Notes under the pieces: generated by a model
The model's input: only the letters and a program-made list of their open reading frames with translations
Database searches by the model: none
What the model was told of the DNA's origin: nothing
Shown here: positions 48,452-60,719 of the stretch, piece by piece
How the letters are laid out: each line of letters opens with the position of its first letter
Numbering within the stretch: position 1 is the stretch's first letter
Assembly (NCBI GenBank): GCA_047495785.1
Contig: JBLDXI010000064.1
Span: forward strand, 186,001 to 250,000
Length of the DNA: 64,000 bases
DNA from: Lepidodermella squamata
Taxonomy: Eukaryota; Animalia; Gastrotricha
Direction of reading: 5' to 3'
Position numbers and translations under genes: made by a program

Positions 48452-50440
48452 TTACTTGGGAATAACGTTGAAAGCCTCTGTGTCGAAATTTGAAAAAATT
48501 AAAATTTTAATGAAATAATTTAAATTCACTTTCGCAGTCGATGAGCGATTCGTACTCTTCGCCGGTCTTCTGGCCTGGTGGGCAGTGAAGCAGAACGGGG
48601 CGGCAGCCGAGGAATTCGTTCGATTTCTCGTCAAAGCAAGCGCGATGGGCAGTCTGATCGCACAGAATATTCGTGAAAATGTATTTTCAGACGGAATTAT
48701 TTAATTACCGGGGTCTTATCCAAGCAGCGGTTGTAGCTCGCGTTGAAATTGTGATGCTCATCGTCGAAAATTGCACCCTGAAAGCGGCAAGAAATTTATT
48801 AATTTCTTATTCTTATTCTTATTCTTATTATTCGTATTATTATTAATTTTTTAAATTATTATTATTAAAAATCGAATTTCCAAGTTTTTACAACTTTTGA
48901 AATTTTCTTCGATTTTTTAATATTTTCACAATTTGAATTGAAAAATTATTCTAAAATAATTTCAAAAAATTCAAGTTTAGGGTCAATCAATAAAATTTCA
49001 ATTATTGCTGTTCCATTTTTGTTTTCCAATTTTTTCAAATATTTCAAGCGTTACTTCGCGCATAGCTTCAGGGCACGGCTGATCGGCGTTGATGCAAATC
49101 GGGGTGATGGGCTTCGACGGCTGTTGAGCAGGGTGGTAGCAGTATTTAGCAGCCTGAAATTTCGAAAATTTCAAAAATTGAATTATTTTTAAGAAAATTA
49201 TAACTCACTCCAGCTTCGCAGGCTTTGATATCAGGGAACGCGAATTCATCAGACTGTTGGAAAAGAAAATCAAATTACAAATTCATTCAACTTTTCGGCA
49301 AGTTAATTGTTTTACCGAAATTTCAGTCGGCAGGCACTCGGAAAACCGGCACTCGGTCATGCGCATCGTTTCAGGGTTGAAGCATCGCAGGGCCATGCCC
49401 TTCGCTCCAAGAGTGCCTAAATTAAATCGAAAAATTATTTCAACATCAAACCTCAGCGTACAAATATTTCTTTTATATTTTGAAAAATAATTCGATAAAT
49501 TGTGATTTTTTTGAAATTTCATAGGAATATTCTATCCTGACCTTCCAAGCAGCTAGCCAAATTAGGATAACGAGCGTGTTCAACCTGAAATTAGAAAAAA
49601 ATTGAAAAAAAGCGAAAAAATGTAATGAAGGTCGAACCTCTCCCGTTCGAACAAGGCAGCCTGCGTATTCGGGGCGGCAAGCTTTGAACTTGTTATCCAC
49701 CGCCGTGTTGCATCGGAAATAAGGCTGGGAAAAATTTGAATTAAATTTATAAAAATTCTACTGATTTTAAAAAATTATTCACCATTTTAGCATTGTCACG
49801 GCAGGCTTCGTAATTTTTGCGGAATCGCGTGTGTTCGTTGAACAAATGAACCTTGACAAAAATTTTTTTCAAAAAATTGGAATTTTTCAAAATTTCAACT
49901 GCTGGTATTTTTTACCGCGTACTCGCCAGTTTTGCATTCGTAGTCGATGCTGATGCAACGCGATCTCGCTGCCTCGTAATTGTAGCACATTTTCGCATCC
50001 TGAAAAATTGGAATCAATTTGAATTCGATTAAAATTAATATAAAAAATTCCACTCACCCCTCGAACACACTCGACGATGGTTGGGAACGGAAAATCGCCC
50101 TGAAAAATTCAGATTAATTAAAAATTTCAAAAAAAAATTGATACATTTTCTTTTATTCTATAAATTTTAATTATGAATTACTCGCACATTTTTGAATGTT
50201 GAAAATTTAAATTTTTTTTTAAAAATCCAGGAATTTAGTTGAATTGAAATTTATGTATGAAAAACTTGAAACAGTGATTTTTTCCGTTGAAATTTTAACC
50301 TGGTATTCATCGGTGGAGCAAGAGCGGCGGCAGTGGACGAAATCGTCGTTGTCCTTCATGAAGCAACGGTGCCATTCATCGGCCGAGCTGAGAGCAGCAA
50401 CAGCCGAGCACAGCAGAGCAATCGCAACGGCAGAATTCAT
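48452..50440 (-). CDS. Secreted protein made of two A-B-C triplets of 4-Cys repeats (copy E2), about 12 exons
   Basis: MNSAVAIALLCSAVAALSSA signal; WHRCF, AKMCY, PYFRC, LRCF, AKYCY, HRACF repeat starts; exons join in frame to TEAFNVIPK*. Confidence 0.8.
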
Positions 50441-51661
50441 TTATTATCTCACCTTATTCAATAAATCAAACTAAAAGGTTTGAAAAATTTGTCAAATGAC
50501 AATGAAAATAAATGAATGATGTTTACGCGTTTATGTTATATTATTTTTCTCATTTTCGACTTCGCACAGCCACGCGATTCAATTTTTCCAAGGCGCTCGT
50601 GCGGGTTCGTTAAGAGTTGTTACGTTGCAGGTGGGAAAACAATAAATTGAATTTTTCGAAAAAACAATCCAATAAATAAGCGATGAAAAGCAATTTGTAA
50701 ATATGATTGAATTACCGTATTGAAATGGGCGGCGATGAATTAAGGCGGAAAAAAGAGTAATCAACTAATTTTAATAATTAAACCAGAAAAATCCCTCGAT
50801 AATTAGGTCATCACGGTTTATATATGAAGCAGGGCTTCTCAAACTATATAGGGGTCAGGGGTCTCCGCCAGATGAATTTGTTAAAATTAAAAAAATTCGG
50901 AAAATAGCGTTTGCTGAAGCTGAAAATGCGGCCAAGTTCTTGTAAACTATTTTTTTTTAAATATATGAAAAATGGATGTAATATGGGTTATAAACAACTT
51001 GAACGCAGAATTTCAGATTTATTAACATTAACGATATCGGTCTGTTGGGAGTATCGATTTTTGGGTCGCAAAAAAATTTTCGATTTTCCATGAATCTTTC
51101 CTGTTCTCCCAGGTTTCGCTTTTTGGGTTGCGACATTTTTTAAAATTTCAATCAATTAAAATTTCAAATTGAATTAATTTAATTTTTCCGTTGACAAAAT
51201 TTTCCACACATTTTCCTGATTTTTGAATTTTAAATATTTTAATTTTGAAATTTATATTTGCATATTGGTACATAATTATGTGGTATATTTCAACTAAAAT
51301 TATTACACTATTTTTGCACGAATGAAATTTGCACGATTTTTCCAGGTTTTCGGGTTTTCGGTCGGGGATAAGGTATGAGTTTTGAAAAAATAGAAATAGG
51401 AAAAAGTACCACATAATTATGATTATGATTATAATTACTTTTGGAGTTTTCAATGGGCCTAACACCCATTTTCGAAGCTATTAAGGATGTCATGATTGAT
51501 CGGCATAATTTTGAAATAAATTATCTTCAAATTCAGCGTCACATTCTGGATATGACGCATTCTAGACTATAGAATTCATAAATTGCCCTAATTTCTTGGA
51601 AATATTAGAAAAGCGGCCTTTTTCTTACTTAAAATTACCTACTGTCCCATGTAAATTTTAG

Positions 51662-52195
51662 CCGTCTGGGTATTTCCGCTGCGTCGACAACAGCGATGGA
51701 ACAGTTCACTGCGTCACGGCGTCGGCAGGCTGCAATGCGGCAACTAAACTTCGAATTCCGGCTAATGTGGTCTATCCGGACGAGAACACTTGCAAGAATG
51801 CGACCAAGAAGTACACGGTGGTGGTTTTTCAAGGCGACAAAAATTCTAGCTTGCCGAAATGCACCGAGATAAATGCTACATTGGCCACGATTAGGTCTGA
51901 CGATGAGCTAGCCGCAGCTAGGCTCGCGCTCCAGCAGGCTAGCTCTGCACTAGGTTCCCGGGTTGATGTTGCATGGGTCGCTCTAACCCGGCAAAACGGC
52001 ATATTCCAATGGGATGACGGATCGAGCCTCACTTTCGTCGAAACGCAATGGTATATGGCTCCATCTGTTGATGATGCGTGTGCAACTTTAGCTTATTATA
52101 CTAAAGCTGAATATGATGCGCCATCAGACGATTATTACTATGCTTTATATCTCTGTGATAGCATTGCAGATAGTGCCTTATGCGAGCATTTTTAG
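51662..52195 (+). CDS. Orphan intact terminal exon (4-Cys repeat + C-type lectin)
   Basis: TTTTAG acceptor, open frame PSGYFRCVD...ALCEHF*, AATAAA downstream; no upstream family exons nearby on this strand. Confidence 0.7.
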   Translation, partial: PSGYFRCVDNSDGTVHCVTASAGCNAATKLRIPANVVYPDENTCKNATKKYTVVVFQGDKNSSLPKCTEINATLATIRSDDELAAARLALQQASSALGSRVDVAWVALTRQNGIFQWDDGSSLTFVETQWYMAPSVDDACATLAYYTKAEYDAPSDDYYYALYLCDSIADSALCEHF

Positions 52196-52399
52196 TGAAG
52201 CTATTGAGCCTTTTTCTGATAATTTCTCGTGAGACGTTTTGCGAGCCGAAGGTAAATAATTGTATTCGATAAAAAGGAGAGATAATTGATCTGACAAAGA
52301 GCTAATCCCGTTGTGCATTTAGAAATAAAGAAGTAATAGTGAAACATGTTTGCTCTTCTTCGGGGCACTCTGATAGTGAAATTATGGAAATCATACTTG

Positions 52400-55004
52400 A
52401 CCCAAGCGGTGATTGGCGGCCGACAAATGATAGATCGCTGTGTAGGAAGCATCGATTGAAGCGCACGAAATCGGCATTATTACGGAAAACTAATTAATGA
52501 ATCAGCTCAAGAACGTCATGCTCTGCTATCATAGATTTTGGACAAACTTTTCTCCTGCGCCATGCTGAGTTGCGCCGCCTGCCCTCGAGACCTAGCTCGG
52601 GTGAAACTTGGTTATTGAAAACTCGCGGATCAAAGTTTCTATGTAGTGATGCGCTTCGATTTTTTGATAATCATGATTAATCGTGATTAAATCGAATCGA
52701 ATATTAATCGAATTGCCTTGGGGAGAATCGCGATTATAATCGAATCGAGTCGGACTCGATTAATCGAGAATTTTGTTTCGATTATTTGCCTTTTTCTATC
52801 GATTTTACACGTTCCATGGCGATACTTAACTGGTTTTGGGAGTCTAAGATGCATTTTTTGCACATTATTCCTACTCTTCTTATTTTCCTATTCGGTTTGA
52901 TTGCTGAACACTTGGAATCCCCTGAAAACTGTAGTTCATTACTAAAAAAATAAAAAAATAATAATAGAAATCAATCGATAATTTAAAACCATTATCCATA
53001 ATCGATGATTAATGAAAATATTTGCGATGAAACGAATGTTACCATTGTGATCAGCGTAAAATTTCACCCCAGTCCATCAATTTTCTCATGGATATTCGTT
53101 ATAATAAGAAAGCTATCTCAAGATCAACTTTTACTTCCTGTTAAATTAATCGGTCCATCTTAATTTCAAAATTTTAAATTGTTGATTCAAATCAAGAAAA
53201 CCGTTACCTTTGGTGACAAAATCAGAAAGCAGAATTTTCGCAGCTATCGCACTTCCGGAGATAATTAGCATTTTGTTATTATTTTATGACTTTATTGCTT
53301 CATATTTATCTCTCCCAAAATTGAATTTCTTAGAGATGTGTAATATATCAAATTACTCAGCTTTTCACGTAGATTCACGTGGTGCAATCCAAACTGTCAT
53401 TGGAGTTACCAATATGCTTTTATAGTATTTTTAATTATATCAATTTTTAGAGAATTTTAACATTTTTAGATTGATCTTTTCAGCTGAACCACGGCAAGTG
53501 CATCGATGAGATATCGCCCAAGGTGAGTTCGCATCAACTTGTTTTAAATCATGAATGCCGCCAGCTTGTTGCAAGTTCAATTTAAAGTACATACATAGGG
53601 CCTATTTTAAGCATGCGTCTGATGGTATGCAACACGGCAATCAGTTTAGCTTCAAGATTTCCCGGCTTCATTCGGGCAACCCAATAAACGGAAAGCTATG
53701 CTTACCTTGGATGTTCAAATGGCCTTTAAATTTTCAATTGCTAAACGCTGAAAGATCTCTTAAGAGAATGGATAGTCTCTTGGGACATTTCAATGTGTTC
53801 AATACTTTCGGACCCTACCGTTTCACCCTAACTGCGCTGCTTAATGCAATGGCGTTTTATTCACGAAATTACGGTGCTTTAGTTTTTGTTTAATTGAAAA
53901 TCAGCAACAAGAACTTCATTAATTTTGCGAGTCTAACTGGAGGGAAAGAGGGGTGTGGCGTGAGGGAGCTCTGTATTATCCCCTGGCTTTATTACTATCA
54001 GTTAAATAATTCTAGATAACAAAATATGTTTATTACTGTCCCATGCCATTTTTAGCCGACTGGGTATTTCCGCTGCGTCGACAACAGCGGTGGAGCAGTT
54101 CATTGCGTCGATGCGTCCACAGTCTGCAATGCGGCAACTCAGCTTCGAATTCCGGCTAATGTGGTCTATCGTCTATCCGGACGAGAACACTTGCCCGAGT
54201 TGGTGTATTATTTGGGTGACAGAGCTGCCAGCGCGGCGAAATGCGCCGAAGACAATGCTTCGTTGGCGACGATTTGGTCAGACGATGAGCTGGCTGCTGC
54301 TAAACTAGCGCTGGAGGGGAGGGGGGGTCTGAGGCTTGGATCGGTCTCACTCGCCAAAACAGCGAATTCCGAGGGGTTGATGGCTCAAGTTTCACTTACG
54401 TTGCATCGCAGTGGGCTGGTGGTAACGGCGACTGTGCTTATCTCACATATCGATTCTCAAGTTCTCAAAACGTCCCAGTCGATGGTTATTACTATATATA
54501 TGCTCGTTGATTGTAGTTACATTGCAAGCTTTGTCTTATGCGAGTCGTTTTAGTGGTTCACTTTATGAACAATGCCTTGTGAGATGCAGTGATCCGACTA
54601 GGTTCAGCTCTGAGGGGGGTAAATCGAGCATTTTGAGCCCAAAATTTACAAATCAACAGGGGGACCCTTACGTTTTTCTGAAATTTTCGAACGTCAGGGA
54701 GGGGTCATTTACCCCCCTTACCCCCCGTACTCGGAGCACTGGTGAGATGTCGTAAGAAGCCGAAGTAAAATATCTGGGGCGATTACCTATATTCTTCTGA
54801 CGCGTGACAAGTTGATTGATTTTCATCAATGGCCAAGATCGACGGCTACTAAAACTATGATAGAACATACAATTCGCGAATATTTATGTGAAGATCACAG
54901 TTTCACGTGAATAAGGATGCAAACAAAAATTACTGAAACGCCAGGGTTTGGCACCAGAATTTCTGACATCGTCTGATTTCGATCCCGTTCGATCATGCAA
55001 GATC
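52400..55004 (+). pseudogene. Chimeric pseudogene: inverted fragment of a copy-F-like gene fused to a duplicate of the 3' part of copy B
   Basis: 52400-52573 resembles 58510-58760; 52573-52640 and 53474-55004 resemble 24852-26336; lectin exon 54056-54553 is frameshifted; AT-rich insert with GATTAATCG repeats at ~52644-53470. Confidence 0.8.
54587..54741. mobile_element. 155-bp hAT-type MITE with 8-bp TSD
   Basis: GTGAGATG duplicated at 54579-54586 and 54742-54749; TIRs CAGTGATCCGA and TCGGAGCACTG; the paralogous site near 26055 is empty. Confidence 0.9.
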
Positions 55005-55719
55005 AGTGAACTTCATCAATTGCATGCGAAAAATTAATTAATCCGCATTAATGTATCTTGCGAGATATTTTGGCGGAATCGGTATCTCGGATTGGGATAT
55101 CGGTTAAACATTTTTATTCACAAAATTACGGCAACGACATAAAATGACTAAAATGATTATTTTTTATTTTACACCCTCTTTTCAGGCATTGTGATGTTAA
55201 TTTGATAGAAAAAAGAGAGAGCCTTAGCTTGGGCTTAGAGGGAGGCTGACGGCAGGCGATCGGCTTCAGAGACCGACAGATCGGTCGCGAACAACCTGCT
55301 TTTGCCCAAAAATCCGTAACTTTCGATGCTATTAAACACTAATTGCCATTCATCCCGATTTCCGCTGGTTTTAGTTCAGCAATTTTGCGAATTCCAGTGC
55401 GCCGCATTAACAGGGTCGACTTACGAGGACTCCCGCGTCTTACTGGCTACTGGCTCATTTGGGTTTTTATTATGTTTCACATGAATTTCGACCAAGCCAA
55501 TTCTAAGAAGGCTCCATTTTCAAGCAATCAGGTTTGCGGTTCACCTCGGGTCGACCGCTTTCTAATAATACATAACATTCGCGAGACTTTCCGTTTCATC
55601 GCATGAGTATGATTCATTTTGTGAATCTAACGGGAGGGAAAGAGAGGCTTCGTTACTATCACTTGAAAAAAATCGAGACTACTTACACAAAAATGTAAGT
55701 AGTTTTAGTTTTGTAAGTA

Positions 55720-56960
55720 GCCCTCGGCCTTGCCACCATCGTTCTCGCTATCATCGGTTCGCTCAATTCGACTTGCTTTTCGCGAGGAAACGCGTGGACC
55801 CTTTGAAACTCGAGATCTGTTTGATACAAGATGATGAAGCATTATACAAATCAGATCTTACTTACCGTTTCTTGGCGATTGGCTTACTGGGTTCTTCAAC
55901 AAAAGTACTCGAAGACGCTGGGTGAAAGTTCAGCTCGTCTTCATCGGCATCGTCAACGGCAGAGCTACGATGCTGAAGTTCTTGCGTACTTCGGAACTCG
56001 CTGCTAGCATTTCGAAGCTTTTACCAGCCATGGCAGAAATAAGAGACGTTTCAACGACGAAAGGCTCTTGGATGCGAACGCAGTGTTGTTTCGCGGTTTG
56101 CGGGATCGGCTTCACCTCCTCGAGCAACTTTGACAGCATCGGCTCGTTACGGCTAACTTCGTCGTTGCTGCAGTGGAGAACAGTTACTTTCGTTGCCAGT
56201 TTTTCAGCAAGCAAGGCAAATGCAGCGGCATCGCGTACGACGAGATTTTCATTACCCATCATTTCTTTGCGAACTGCTGATTTTACACAGCCTCCAACGC
56301 CGTCCACGGCACTCTTCCCATGGTAAGAGGCGAAAAAATGCCACTGAAGGCTTTCCAAGAAGAGCTCTCGCACAAGTATACTCAAGCTCCCCAGGAAAAA
56401 CCGCTGCTTGAAGTGGGTCTTCGCTCCGTCACTGAAACCGTCGAACTTGCGTAGAGCCGGATAGCGGAGCTTCAAGTGCGACAACACTTTGAGTAGGAAG
56501 CAATAGGCAGCATTCGAATCGTGAAGCATTCGATCGCTCGCCACAACGTAAGACGCGATTTCAGACCCAACCCAGGCGACGAACGTAAACAAAGTAACCT
56601 GTTGGTGGTTCCAGTGAGCTGACTGGACCTCAGACTAAAAAAATGAATTGGGCAAAGGTACTGACTACTGACATATATAGTTTAACATTTAATACCTGTT
56701 GCTGAAGTGCGAAATTTGCGGCGAAGTCTATCTGAAAAACGCATGCAGATTCATTAGAATCAGCGATCAATTGGTTAAATGTGGCCTGCTGGTGGGCCTT
56801 GACCCAGCAATGAGTCGTAAACGGCGTACATTGCCCGTTTATTTTTTCAAACAGGCACTCCAAGGTCAAAGTTTTTCCAACTTTCTCAGTAGCCTATAAA
56901 ACCGAAAGATCAATTGATCATCACTAAGTCAATGTTATAACTAACCTTTGTTGAATACGG
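55720..56960 (-). mobile_element. Spliced DDE transposase fragment, Sola2-like
   Basis: Motifs IDFAANF, VQSAHW..QVT, SD...H, FSDGAKTHFKQ, WHFFASYHGKSAVDGVGGCVK; both ends truncated, no TIRs seen; superfamily assignment from memory of motifs. Confidence 0.7.
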
Positions 56961-57041
56961 TATCTCAGTTTATTTTAAATTTTACTTCTTCATTCAACAC
57001 TCTTCTCACAACGAATTTTCACATCAAAACGCTCGACAGTC

Positions 57042-59493
57042 TCATACATATCTCTCGCATAGCTCGTAAGTAATTAAATCGCAAGAGCCGGCTGTCTGGA
57101 ACTTGTAAGAGCCGCCGTAGACATTTATAATAACGCAACCATCGTATATCGGAAAGGTCCACTGCGAAGCGACATAATTGAAATCCGAGCCATCGTCCCA
57201 TTTCATGATGTTGTTTGTCACGGTGAGGGCGATCCAGGCATTCGCATCCGTCACATTTCCAGCAGTTTGCAGTTCGGCCTCCGACCTTACCGCGCCAGGG
57301 CGCCATCGTTTGCGGCGCATCTCTGTGCGGCTCCGGCCCAGTTGGTTCCTGATTCGACTAGGAAGAATTTCTTCGTCACAGCAAGGCAGGTGGTCTCGTC
57401 CGGATACGTGACATTTGCTGGTAGTCGAAGCTGGGTTGCCGCATCGCAGCCAGGCGACTCCGTTACGCATCGAACTGAGTTGTCGCTCTTCGCAACGCAG
57501 CGGTGATACTTGGACCCCTGCAATATTTACATGAAATTAGTCACTTCTTCGTCAATTCCTTTCAGGGTAGGGTAAGGGGTATGGGACATCCGAGGGACTG
57601 ACAATTCGACAGGATTAAAATTCAGCCTTAAACGTCAGAAAATCTAGACGAAGCCAATGCATAATGACAGCTGATTTTTAAAAGTTCTCAAATCGGTAAA
57701 GGGATATCGTGAATTCATCACCAAATTATTCCTATCACTTCCCGCAATATTAAGAGCCAGCTTCTAACCCTAACCCTAACCCTAACCAGTTGAAAACCGA
57801 ATGAATTGGTTAGGTATTGAATTACATGAAATTTGGTACCACCGTAAGATTTTCCCATTGGTAAAATTCAGATAGAGATTTAGAATCAAAATAGTCTAAA
57901 ATGTTGTTACTTCAACAAAGTGGAGATTATCTCTCGGCAAAGCGATGATAAAGATTCCCACGCTATTATACAAGCCCATTTTATGTTCAACTTTCAGCCC
58001 TCCTGACTTTTACAAGCCCGGGTTGGAATTGGCGGCGATGCGGTAAGTATCAGAAAATTTGCAGACCTGAGACATCTGAGATTGCAGGCAGTCAGCATAG
58101 TTGCCGGCAAAGTCTGACTTCGCCCGGAAAATCGTTACCTGAAAAAGCATTAGTTTTCAAAAACACTACTTATAAGATAGACCTGTAAACTCATCCCGAA
58201 AAATAATAAATTTACTATCCAAGCTATTGATTAAACCAGTTTTTATTAAATCAGGTTTAGCTTACCACTGTCATAGGGGACGGGCACGTGTTTCGGCAAA
58301 CCATTCCATCAGACGTCGAGCATAAGGCTGCTGGCTGGAATATTTCATAAACTACTTTTCCAAGAAACAAATTATTATTATTGCAAAATAAACAAACGCC
58401 TGCAATGCAGTGATATCTGTCGATGTAAGTTCCGCTACTGTAGGTCTAAAAGATTATGGAAAGGACCAATTAATAAAAACGTGTTTCCGAACATTACAAG
58501 CAGCTTAACCCGAGTCATTGAGGCCGCATCGCAAGGCGTCGATTGGCAGCCAACAAAGGACCGATTGCTTTGCATAAAGCATCGGTTGAAGGGCACGAAA
58601 TCAGCATTATTCCGGACAACTATAGACAGAAATAACTTCGCTCAGAAACTTTAACCGCTAAAATGTATTCTGAAGTGACAGTGACTTATTCTAATTCGAT
58701 AAATAAGCTATTGTATTAGGTATGAAACCAACTTTTCTCTTGCGCCATGCACAGTTGCATCGTCGCATGACTGCCAACCGGGGTCTGCGATGAAAAAATC
58801 GAGAGCAGCGAATGGTTCAAGGATTCACTTTTATTGCGAAACTCACCCCGCTATTCGGGCAAGAGCCGTTGATCGGAATGCACGTCCGTTGGCCGTTTTG
58901 GTCACAGACTGTTGCCTGAATACTCTGATTCAAAGAAAGCGAGACAATAGAATGATCAGCATTAGATAAAGCTCAAATCGAACCAAGACGTTTTTGATCG
59001 TTGATCGGCACAGATCGTACTGCGATCCGAAAACGTCTCTGAGAAATTCAGCCGTCTAGGTTGTGGGAATAAGACTAGGTGTGAGAATCGCTTGAGACAT
59101 CTCAGGAACAAACCATAACTTCGTCATTTTTATCACAGCCAAGATTACGAGGGATACATCGCATGTTGATCGTTTTGAAGTTGAAGCAACTTCGAGCGGC
59201 CTGAAAATCAAATTAAAATGCGAAATTAGTTGAAAAATAATGAAAAACTCACGCCTGATTTGCAACTTAACAACGAGTTCAACTTGAGCCCAAGCTTTAT
59301 TCAATACAGTAAAAATTAGAGCAGAAAATCTAACTTTTGAAAAAGGGCTTGCCTGAACTTCATCGAGGAACGTACAGTTCTCTTTACAACCTGCGAAGGC
59401 GTCATTTAACCGGGAGAAACATCGCTTGAACTCTTGTGTACTCGCTGATGCTGCCAGGCTCAGGAAGAGAAAAATTCGAATAATTTCAGCCAT
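57042..59493 (-). pseudogene. 4-Cys repeat + C-type lectin gene (copy F) with a single frameshift in the lectin exon
   Basis: Signal peptide MAEIIRIFLFLSLAASAST; about 11 exons in frame (first intron GC-AG); 1-nt deletion near 57293 gives ...GALAR* while the lectin continues in another frame to 57042. Confidence 0.78.
57764..57787 (-). repeat. (TTAGGG)4 telomere-type microsatellite in an intron
   Basis: CTAACC repeated four times on the plus strand. Confidence 0.8.
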
Positions 59494-60149
59494 TATTCAC
59501 AATCTGAATTTTGTTCGAAAAATTAATGAAATAAATAAAATAAAAATGAAATAAAAACGTCACCTATTTTTAGCGGAGGACCGAGCACGTGATGTTTTCT
59601 CTCTGAGAAAAACAGTTCAACGATGACGCGTCTTTATTCCGTGGCTTGGGCTATTTTTAGAGCTATTTTTGTTATTTTTAAATTTACGCAATTAGGACGT
59701 GTGGCATGTCGTGGAAGACCACAATCGGTGATCTAAAAAAAAATTGATAAACAATACATCCAATTGGGGTTGTTTTTCCCAAGGAAAGCGTGGCTAGAAA
59801 ATCCTTCACACATTCTACTAGTTTTTCGATTTGTTCTCTTTGCTGAAAAATATCAGAACGATTTTTCATCCTCACATTGGGAGGTTCATTTGCACCCCTT
59901 TGGATGATGCGTTTAAGCAGGCTTATTGAACCCTGGCAAATTTAGGGGTAGTAGCCAAATTTCAAATTTTCGAAATGTCACTGTGCAAGTTTTTCAATTA
60001 AATTATATGAAACTTGTGGAAATAATGCATTAAAACACCGAGCATCTTTTGATATTAAACTCGTCCGTATCGGCGGCACGAGCGGGCCGCAAAAACGTAA
60101 ATGAAACTGTGCGTGGCTACTGACTCGTTGACCTGGCCTGCGGTTAAGG

Positions 60150-60330
60150 CAGGGTTTCTCAAAGTGGGCTCGCGGACCCTATTTCCGTGGGTCGCGGAAT
60201 CAGTTGGGGGTCGCGGGGGTCGCCGGATGATTTTCATAAAACTTTGAATATTGGGAAAATTCGGTTCAGTTTTAGTCAATCTTCCAGGAAAAATCTTCAA
60301 AAATAGCGTTAGCTAAAGCTCGCTTCGCTA
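60150..60330 (+). mobile_element. Truncated hAT-type MITE end; related copy at ~50830-50930
   Basis: CAGGGTTTCTCAAAGTGGGCTCGCGGACCC start; shares CAGGG.TTCTCAAA and AAAATAGCGTT.GCT.AAGCT with 50830; no second TIR found. Confidence 0.5.
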
Positions 60331-60719
60331 GCAAACAATTTTATTTGACCGAAAACCAGCTGAAAATGAGGTTGACGGTCGAGTTCATGAAAAGGTTGAA
60401 GAAATTATGGGAAAAATTATGTAAATTGGGTGATATTGTATAGATTGGACCTTGGACGCATAATTTTGGAAAAAAACGCAACGCTATTTTTAGAAGAGTA
60501 TTATTACGCGAACACCCTGTATTTCATGCACATTGCAGGTGGACAAGATTCACTCGAACGATTCACAAACCCACTATAAAGATTCACTCGAAATAACTAT
60601 GAAGATGCGACCCAGCCTTAAATCAGTCAAAATGCGGTAAAAATCAAAGCAAAGCAAATACAAGAGTTAGTTTGCGTGGCGACTATAGATAATTTCTTCA
60701 TACGCGCAAAAAAGTGTTA

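Noticed and set aside
48003-48518. 171-aa plus-strand ORF
   Set aside because: AT-rich, low-complexity composition, antisense to the E2 3' end, no ATG start or splice support.
2627-52195. Diversity-generating retroelement (RT plus variable C-type lectin)
   Set aside because: The RT is an APE-type LINE enzyme, and lectin copies differ by indels and all substitution types, with no adenine-specific template/variable repeat pair.
60495-60522. Mariner-like terminus GAACACCCTGTA
   Set aside because: Only one end found; element boundaries cannot be supported.
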